From positions 310,001-374,000 of the forward strand of contig CP120456.1 in assembly GCA_034226945.1 (NCBI GenBank): a stretch of DNA of 64,000 bases, given 5' to 3'. The notes under the pieces are model-generated. The model had not been told where the DNA came from, ran no database searches, and worked only from the letters and a program-made list of their open reading frames with translations. Both the position numbers and the translations under genes were made by a program. Positions 57,371 to 64,000 of the stretch are shown one piece after another. Origin of the DNA: Picochlorum sp. SENEW3. Taxonomy: Eukaryota. Each line of letters opens with the position of its first letter. The first letter of the stretch is position 1.

Positions 57371-59617
57371 TCACTCGTCCAGCACGTTTAATGATTTCAG
57401 TTGAGCTATCCTTCCTGGCGCCAACTGACCTTGCTGGATCATACCTTTACAGTCCTCGATCCAGTTGTGCAGGCCGCTGAAGGTTTCATTCTCAGGAGTC
57501 ACACCTGGGTGTCCCACTTCTTGTGTGTGTGCCAAGACTTGCGATAATCTGGAGTTCCATTCCAGCTCCTCTTTCAATGACTTCTGTACCTCGAGAGAGA
57601 TGCCTAGAGACTGGAGTTTGGCCCTTCTCTTCTCACTTAGGAGACGAAGATAGGTAAGACCTCTCTGTTGCACGAGCCAGTCGCGCAATTCTATTGAGCA
57701 ATTATCTTCGGAGCCAGACTCGACGACGTGATCTCTCAGGCTTGTCCACTTTTTCAACCAGTCTGCATCATCAGCAGACACAACTTTCTCAGAGAGGACC
57801 CAGGTAAGACCCAAGAATGTCATGTATCGAAGCTGTCCGGGAGACAATCGCCCATCCAAGAATAGAGCTCTTTGTGTTTCAGCCCAATGTATGACTTTTA
57901 TTCTCATGTGAGAGACATCTCCATACTCGAGTCCGGGCAGTTGTATATGTGTTCCTTGAAGGGCCTCTGCAGCCATGTGGGCCCTCCTCCTCCAGTCATC
58001 CGCCTTGTATGTATCCATATCAATACCTGTCAGTTGAAGCATTTTCACCCTTTCAGGATCTAATTTAGTCTTTCTCCATAACCACCGTTGCCTCGACAAC
58101 CAAAAATCAAGTCCGGGATGTTCAGAAAATGGTGAAGAGGCTGCTGCCTGACGCCTCGATGACACCGTGTTCACTACCTGTTTTCGTGCGATACTCGCAC
58201 GACTGGACTCACGTGCATCACCATCAGAAACGTTAGTAGATCTCTGAGATGAGAAAGGATTCCCTCTGCCATCAGGAGGCCTCCTCATATCCAATCTCCG
58301 TTTCTCAATCACATACACAAGTCTCCCAAGCCACGACAACCATCTCTCTTCCTCCTCGGATTCACTAGCATCTCTCCAGCCTGAATAAACAGCTTCAAAT
58401 CTCTGAACGGCCTCCGCAGGCAACAACTGTCGTCGATAGAACTCACGCTGCAGGGAGATCCACAGGGCAAGCTCACGAGCTGTAATCCCTCCTTTCTTCC
58501 CCCAATGGATCAAATCCCACGAAAACGTCTCTCCCGACTCCCCATGCCACAGCACCCAATCGACCAGCATATCAAATCTAGTCTCCCATTCTTCTGTAAC
58601 TTGAGCCAAATCACCAAACTCAAATCCCATTCGTTCCAAAATTGTAAGTCTCTCTGCAGAAAGTTGACCCGCTGCCCTCGTCACCCTCTGCCTTTTCACC
58701 CACATACCCAACTCTTGATTCTCTGGGTACACCTCGGGCACATTACAATGCCCATGTTTCAACAGAAATGCAGCAAGCTCGACAGCGCGCCTATCCCATC
58801 TATCATTATTACTTGGCTTGCACAGCATCAGCTCTGGCGTTCTCATGAAAACAGCTGCAACCCCGTCATGCCCGAGAGGAACACCACACTTTTCAACCAA
58901 ATATTTTGCCACGATCTTCACATTCCTGGTAAGCCTGGACTGCCGGCGGCGATCAATCAATGGCCTTCCACCTGGAGTCATCCTCCATGCAACAGCTGAA
59001 TTCACCAACCGCTCAATCTGAGACTCTGGCACCCCTATATTCATCAAGTACGTATTCAACACCGAGTCTCCTCCAGCAACACTCATCTCAACCGTCTTTG
59101 TCCTCTTTGCAGATGCAGATGGCTTTACAGGCCTCTTCTCCACAGTCAAGTGAGGAATAATTTCCTCACCCCACCCATACCCTCGCCGCGATAATTTAAA
59201 AATTAATTCTGTCGGACTATCTTCCACCCCTTCCACATGACCGGCATCCCCCTCATCAGCTGATGACAGTACAACCTCCTCCTGCTTCACCTTCCGAGGC
59301 CTTCCCCTTCTACGAGCAGCCTTCTTCTTGGGCACAGCAACACCCTCATCTTCTACGACAACATCATCACACGCATCTTTTTCCTTCCCGCCATTGCTCG
59401 CCTCTTGAGTCTCAACCACAACCACATTCACATTCACAGCAGCAGGCTCATTGTCACTCCCCTTGGCCCCAGGAATCCATCCAACACCCTTCCGTCGACG
59501 ACCAGAAACTATTCTTTTCACAAACGTATCATAGCTCACGTCCGTCCGATGCGCAGCACGACGCCCATGGACTCGACAGGGCAGTGACACGCTCAAATGG
59601 CACCCGAAAGCCGCCAT
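57371..59617 (-). CDS. Probably plastid-targeted protein with six helicase-associated (HA) repeats
   Basis: Canonical HA repeat WDRR..LAAFLLKHGHCNVP..LGMWVKRQR..LSAERLTILERMGF plus five degenerate copies; RRGRPRK AT-hook. Confidence 0.78.
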   Translation of the reverse strand: MAAFGCHLSVSLPCRVHGRRAAHRTDVSYDTFVKRIVSGRRRKGVGWIPGAKGSDNEPAAVNVNVVVVETQEASNGGKEKDACDDVVVEDEGVAVPKKKAARRRGRPRKVKQEEVVLSSADEGDAGHVEGVEDSPTELIFKLSRRGYGWGEEIIPHLTVEKRPVKPSASAKRTKTVEMSVAGGDSVLNTYLMNIGVPESQIERLVNSAVAWRMTPGGRPLIDRRRQSRLTRNVKIVAKYLVEKCGVPLGHDGVAAVFMRTPELMLCKPSNNDRWDRRAVELAAFLLKHGHCNVPEVYPENQELGMWVKRQRVTRAAGQLSAERLTILERMGFEFGDLAQVTEEWETRFDMLVDWVLWHGESGETFSWDLIHWGKKGGITARELALWISLQREFYRRQLLPAEAVQRFEAVYSGWRDASESEEEERWLSWLGRLVYVIEKRRLDMRRPPDGRGNPFSSQRSTNVSDGDARESSRASIARKQVVNTVSSRRQAAASSPFSEHPGLDFWLSRQRWLWRKTKLDPERVKMLQLTGIDMDTYKADDWRRRAHMAAEALQGTHIQLPGLEYGDVSHMRIKVIHWAETQRALFLDGRLSPGQLRYMTFLGLTWVLSEKVVSADDADWLKKWTSLRDHVVESGSEDNCSIELRDWLVQQRGLTYLRLLSEKRRAKLQSLGISLEVQKSLKEELEWNSRLSQVLAHTQEVGHPGVTPENETFSGLHNWIEDCKGMIQQGQLAPGRIAQLKSLNVLDE

Positions 59618-60379
59618 GACACCACCAACCGCCCTATCAATTTATAAAATCGACTACAATGAATACTTTGCCTGCAAAATTGGCCCCAAGATGCCCATCA
59701 AATCTCGTCCTTCTCCAAGATAATACAAGCTTCAAATTGTGTGAAAATATCCGGCGTATACACAACATGCATGTGGCGTGAGACGATATAGACTATAGAC
59801 TCTAATTCATATAATTCGAATCTCCTCGCTCTTCACGGTCCCTTGAGACATACCCAGCCATGCAAGATGTCTTTCGTATTGAAGAACTTTTTTTATCCAT
59901 CTATACACGGAAGATGCTGTATATTTCAACAATGTCCATTCCGCCTATCAAATATTTGATTGACCGATGATGATCACAATCCGAATCCGACTCGACTCAA
60001 ATCTGATTCTTCCATTTCACATCATGCAACCCTGATCAAGGCATCACAAATTCCCATCATGTTTCATTGATACTCATATGGTAGTACTAGATAGTCATTC
60101 TTTCCATCAGAATCCATCGAATCGCTCCATACAGTTTGTGCCAGCAGCACGCAGTTGAACCAGGTCAACATTTTCCATTTGTTACATTACATGATCCACG
60201 TGAGCTATTTCATTTCCAACAATTTGGCATAAACGAATCTTTGACGACGACGTGCCGTTGGAATGAACAGATCAAGCCGGGTAGAGAGCTCCCGCCACGT
60301 ATGCGTCGGTGGTGACGAGGTGGGTTGTATGCCTTGATATGACAGGGTGTTGCGTGATTTTTGAACAAAATGAAGCACT

Positions 60380-61255
60380 ATGGCTGTCTGTGTGAATGAA
60401 AACGTCCTATGTTTGGAACACGAGTGGCCGTTGAGCCCGACCCTCGTGGCACGCTCCTGCGGGCCTAGGAAGTTGCCGCGTGGCATGATCCAATACGGGT
60501 TTGGCACGTGCCATGAAGCTTCATGGGGTTGTGCATGGAAGGAGTGCCATCTGGCATATAGGGGTATCTCACTTCCGACACATGTATTATGTCAATATAT
60601 TGTATATAATGAAATATACGTACATATGATGCAGATTCACGAGACTATCGAGCAAAACAATACCATCTGTGTGGAGAATCAGTATGCTGATTTGATGGTG
60701 GACTTTGGGCCAGCGACGCCACCGCAAGATGTGGTTGATGGTGATGATGGATGCCCAAAAGGTTATACACACAGTTCTAAGCAGCGTAAGCGTCAAAGAG
60801 TACAAAAATCCGCGGAGGAACTCGGGTTGCCTGAGTGCGTAGTAGCACCCGGGTCACTGGATAGGGAGAGCAAGTTGGGCGCCTTTGCTGCTGTCAATGT
60901 TATCATGCTGAATCTGTGGAAGTGTCAGCCGAATGTGAGAATCGCCCCAGGGGTCAGTGAAGGTACTATCATTCTGATTGATGCGGCCGTGTCTCGGACA
61001 CCAGAGGTCCTTGGGCGCATCACCTCTGACAAGGGAGGGCTCTTGGCCTTTGTCTGTGCAGCGTTTTGGGCATTGGCCAAATTCTCAGGGGTGAGAGATT
61101 TGACACCTTCACTCAGTCTGATGGCGGTAGCATGTAACGTGGAAAAAGAGCATTTACTGGAGATGGAGACAGTACTCCTTGATGCTCTTGAGTGGGATCT
61201 ATGTGGCGCATTACGCCGAGGAAATGCTCCTATTTGGAGCATCCCAAGTATTTAA
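60380..61255 (+). CDS. Divergent cyclin-fold protein (5' structure uncertain; likely intron ending at 60634)
   Basis: AFVCAAFWALAKF..LLEMETVLLDALEWDL resembles the end of the cyclin box. Confidence 0.55.
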   Translation: MAVCVNENVLCLEHEWPLSPTLVARSCGPRKLPRGMIQYGFGTCHEASWGCAWKECHLAYRGISLPTHVLCQYIVYNEIYVHMMQIHETIEQNNTICVENQYADLMVDFGPATPPQDVVDGDDGCPKGYTHSSKQRKRQRVQKSAEELGLPECVVAPGSLDRESKLGAFAAVNVIMLNLWKCQPNVRIAPGVSEGTIILIDAAVSRTPEVLGRITSDKGGLLAFVCAAFWALAKFSGVRDLTPSLSLMAVACNVEKEHLLEMETVLLDALEWDLCGALRRGNAPIWSIPSI

Positions 61256-61613
61256 GATTATAAAATGGCTTTTCAATACGCGATGCCATACATGACACAC
61301 GTGGAGTCGTGCTTTCGTAGTTTGTTCACAAGTATCAGTACACAACAGGTTTCTATGCACATTTGCATACCTATTGCAGTTTGGAAGTTTTTGCATTTCT
61401 GTCGATTTATATTCATAGGAAGTAGCGTCGATAGATTGACCCCATCATATTATCCATCGGAGCATTTGCCACCATATATTTGGAGATCAATGCATGATGA
61501 TTTTGCCATGTGGCCATTGCCCACATGAACGAATTTCCCCCTTTTTTATATCAAGCGCTGTATGATGCGTGTTTTAAAGTGATACATTACAGTGCTTTCC
61601 AATAAATATACAT

Positions 61614-62093
61614 CTATTTCAGAGCCATGCCCATGCTAAAAATCCGATCCTCCTCTTTGACGGGCACATTCTTGTTCTTGGCCTGACCAATACCTCCCAG
61701 AAACCCTTCATACCCTCGAATCGCATTCCCAAACGCCGTTGACTGTTCCAAATACTTTGTTTCAAGATCCAATATTTGCTGCTCCACCTTGTGCAACTCT
61801 CCTGCAACCTGAAGCCTCTTCCTCTCCAGTTCACTGGTTGTGGGGTCATACATGACCTTTCGTTTCTGCGCGTTTATCCGGGGAGATGCCCCTCGAGGAG
61901 TCACAGCAGACTGAGTCCCATCTCTCCTATTCCCACGAGGCGTATTGATTTTCCCCCTCTGCCTCGTCACAGAGGATGGTGTCGTATTCCCTTGACGGGG
62001 ACCGCCATCGAGACTGGTCGATCGCGTCTCCACTCTCCCAGTCCGGATCGGTTTCAAACTCTCTTGTTTTGCCTTTGAAGCTTTCTTTGGCAT
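61614..62093 (-). CDS. EAF6: NuA4 histone acetyltransferase subunit EAF6
   Basis: LHKVEQQILDLETKYLE..FGNAIRGYEGFL..EEDRIFS. Confidence 0.87.
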   Translation of the reverse strand: MPKKASKAKQESLKPIRTGRVETRSTSLDGGPRQGNTTPSSVTRQRGKINTPRGNRRDGTQSAVTPRGASPRINAQKRKVMYDPTTSELERKRLQVAGELHKVEQQILDLETKYLEQSTAFGNAIRGYEGFLGGIGQAKNKNVPVKEEDRIFSMGMALK

Positions 62094-62518
62094 ATTTGTC
62101 TCCCAGGATCAGACGCCTTTGAACAGGAAATGATATATACCCGGAGTGATTGCGTGCCGAGCACTCTGAACGAGGCCCTACCTACCGATATGGCCTTATA
62201 TACAGTCACACACGCATACAGTATAGTAGAAGGATGTACCTGGTTGCTTGGACGGCCACAGTAGATTGATTTGTTCTGTTTGAATGAATATTTCAGACAG
62301 ATGACTTGTCTCATCTTTGGTTTTTAAATCTCCTTGTACGGAATTTAAAAGGTTTTTACATTGAAACAATAAAAACGGACGTGCGGCTGCCGATGATGGA
62401 TCCGATATCAACGATCAGCATCAGTAATTGCCGTGTACGACCTCTTCATTGTCCACATGGTATTTTAATATATAGTTTCTTTGAGTATCAAGCCATAGAG
62501 CGTGCTATCTGCAGCAGT

Positions 62519-62976
62519 ATGGCGAGTGAATTTCTAGGAAGACCATTCCAGGGGCCACCCAGTGTTCCCCATGCATCTGAAGAGTTCTTTAAAGTCTATT
62601 TTCTGGGAGCACATGTACGTTTTATTGATTGAGCAATTTATATTGGTCGACGTGGAAGGCATCCGCAGAGGGAATGATGAGTTTTTGTTGACACGTTGTG
62701 TATGGTTGTGTGTAGTTGGCTATTGCCATTTCATCCTTCCCTGGCCGTGTATTAGGTACTGAAGCTCGTCCTAGAAAGTTTAACAGAGAGTATGTGATCA
62801 ATGTGACGAATGAGCATGCTAAAAGAAGGGAAGCTGCCAGTGGAAAGGTTCCACGGCAATGGTTCAAGGGGCGTCCAAGATTGACGGACCAGTCTTGGGA
62901 GAAGATGTGGAATGCGCACTTGCATTGGAAGAGATGGACGCAGGAGAGAATGGGCCCATACAACAGCCCGATATAA
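62519..62976 (+). CDS. Small hypothetical protein (about 118 aa), 2 exons
   Basis: Exon 62519-62614, intron 62615-62715 (GTACGT..TGTAG), in frame with ORF 62716-62976; TGTAA at 63026. Confidence 0.6.
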
Positions 62977-63057
62977 GAATAAAGCATAGCAGTGATAGTA
63001 GTATTAGTAGTAACAAACATAAGAATGTAATAAGAAGATAAAAGCAATAGACCATTT

Positions 63058-64000
63058 TCAAGCTTTTGCATACTTGCGTTTGGAAGGAGCAACCTTGACT
63101 CGAGATGTTCCAAAGGGTCCCTGTACGTACTGGCCATTCAGATGGGCCATGGCATGCCGAGCCTCCCTTGGGTGGACAAAGGTGACAAATGCATACCCGT
63201 AGGACTCGGAATTGGAGTCTTTTATTTTCTGTACGTCAAACACTGTTCCATATTTTGCACATATCCATCGCAAAGAATTCTCGTCGATACCGTATGGAAG
63301 ATTTCCAATATATACTGTTGTGTCAGAGGGGTGATGCAAGGGGGGATGGGGCACCTCAGAGTCTCCATTCGGCAGTCTCATCTTGGATGATGATGACGAC
63401 GAGGATGAGACCATATCATGCATATATCCAGGCATATTCCTACTACTTGATCCTTTAGAGAGCTGCTGTGAGGGATATTCCATCAGCATTTGAGAATACG
63501 CAGGTCCATGGAAATACCCTGGGCTGTGACTGGGAGAAAAAACAGGTGGTGATGTAGCAAATGGACTCCCTATTGCTGGCATAAACATCATTGGTTGGGA
63601 TGTATTCTCATATGATGGGGATGGTGCGTGCTGGGTGGTGTTATCCGGTTTACTCTTGACATGCTCTAGAGACAACCGGATGGGTGTGTTGCAATCCTCT
63701 GCGTCCTCAGACACACCTTCGCCGGCACTACCCCCTGAATCCTCCAGCCCCAGCACTTCTGCTACATTCCATGATAAAACACCACTCGGCGTGCAGATGT
63801 AGATGAGTCCATCATCATGCCACATCACATCAGCATGCGTAACCTTTTCATTCTCCAGTACCTGAATGCTTAAAATAGGTGCACGGACGCCACCTTTCCA
63901 AAACGGGTGTATACCATGAAATGATAATAGACCATCAGACCCGAGCATAGCAAGCATATCAGACGTTGCATGAAAACACTGATCCAAGATCTCTGGGCTC
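63058..64000 (-). CDS. RRM protein with upstream WD40-like region; 5' end outside the window
   Basis: RNP2 TVYIGNLP, RNP1 YGYAFVTF; S/P-rich linker; beta-strand-rich N-terminal part. Confidence 0.72.
   Translation of the reverse strand, partial: SPEILDQCFHATSDMLAMLGSDGLLSFHGIHPFWKGGVRAPILSIQVLENEKVTHADVMWHDDGLIYICTPSGVLSWNVAEVLGLEDSGGSAGEGVSEDAEDCNTPIRLSLEHVKSKPDNTTQHAPSPSYENTSQPMMFMPAIGSPFATSPPVFSPSHSPGYFHGPAYSQMLMEYPSQQLSKGSSSRNMPGYMHDMVSSSSSSSSKMRLPNGDSEVPHPPLHHPSDTTVYIGNLPYGIDENSLRWICAKYGTVFDVQKIKDSNSESYGYAFVTFVHPREARHAMAHLNGQYVQGPFGTSRVKVAPSKRKYAKA

Overview
Gene-dense eukaryotic nuclear DNA. It has short GT-AG introns (about 40-140 nt), very short intergenic gaps, TGTAA near many 3' ends, and many proteins with plastid transit-peptide-like N-termini (sigma factor, ALS, STN8, HemD). 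This fits a compact chlorophyte green alga; a Picochlorum-like trebouxiophyte is my inference, not something confirmed. About 45 protein-coding genes can be supported, many needing manual splicing beyond the ORF track. I saw no rRNA, tRNA, CRISPR array or transposon. Main leads: (1) an intronless prokaryote-type COG2403 P-loop enzyme resembling arginine synthetase ArcE, tail-to-tail with an amino-acid permease and with perfect palindromes upstream of both; (2) same-strand gene pairs 7-76 nt apart that look bicistronic, where the first TGTAA lies inside the downstream gene; (3) an unannotated 3-exon 76-aa gene; (4) a secreted SNase-fold protein lacking its catalytic residues; (5) a plastid-type protein with six helicase-associated (HA) repeats and no helicase. 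All family calls come from motif recognition by eye, not database searches.
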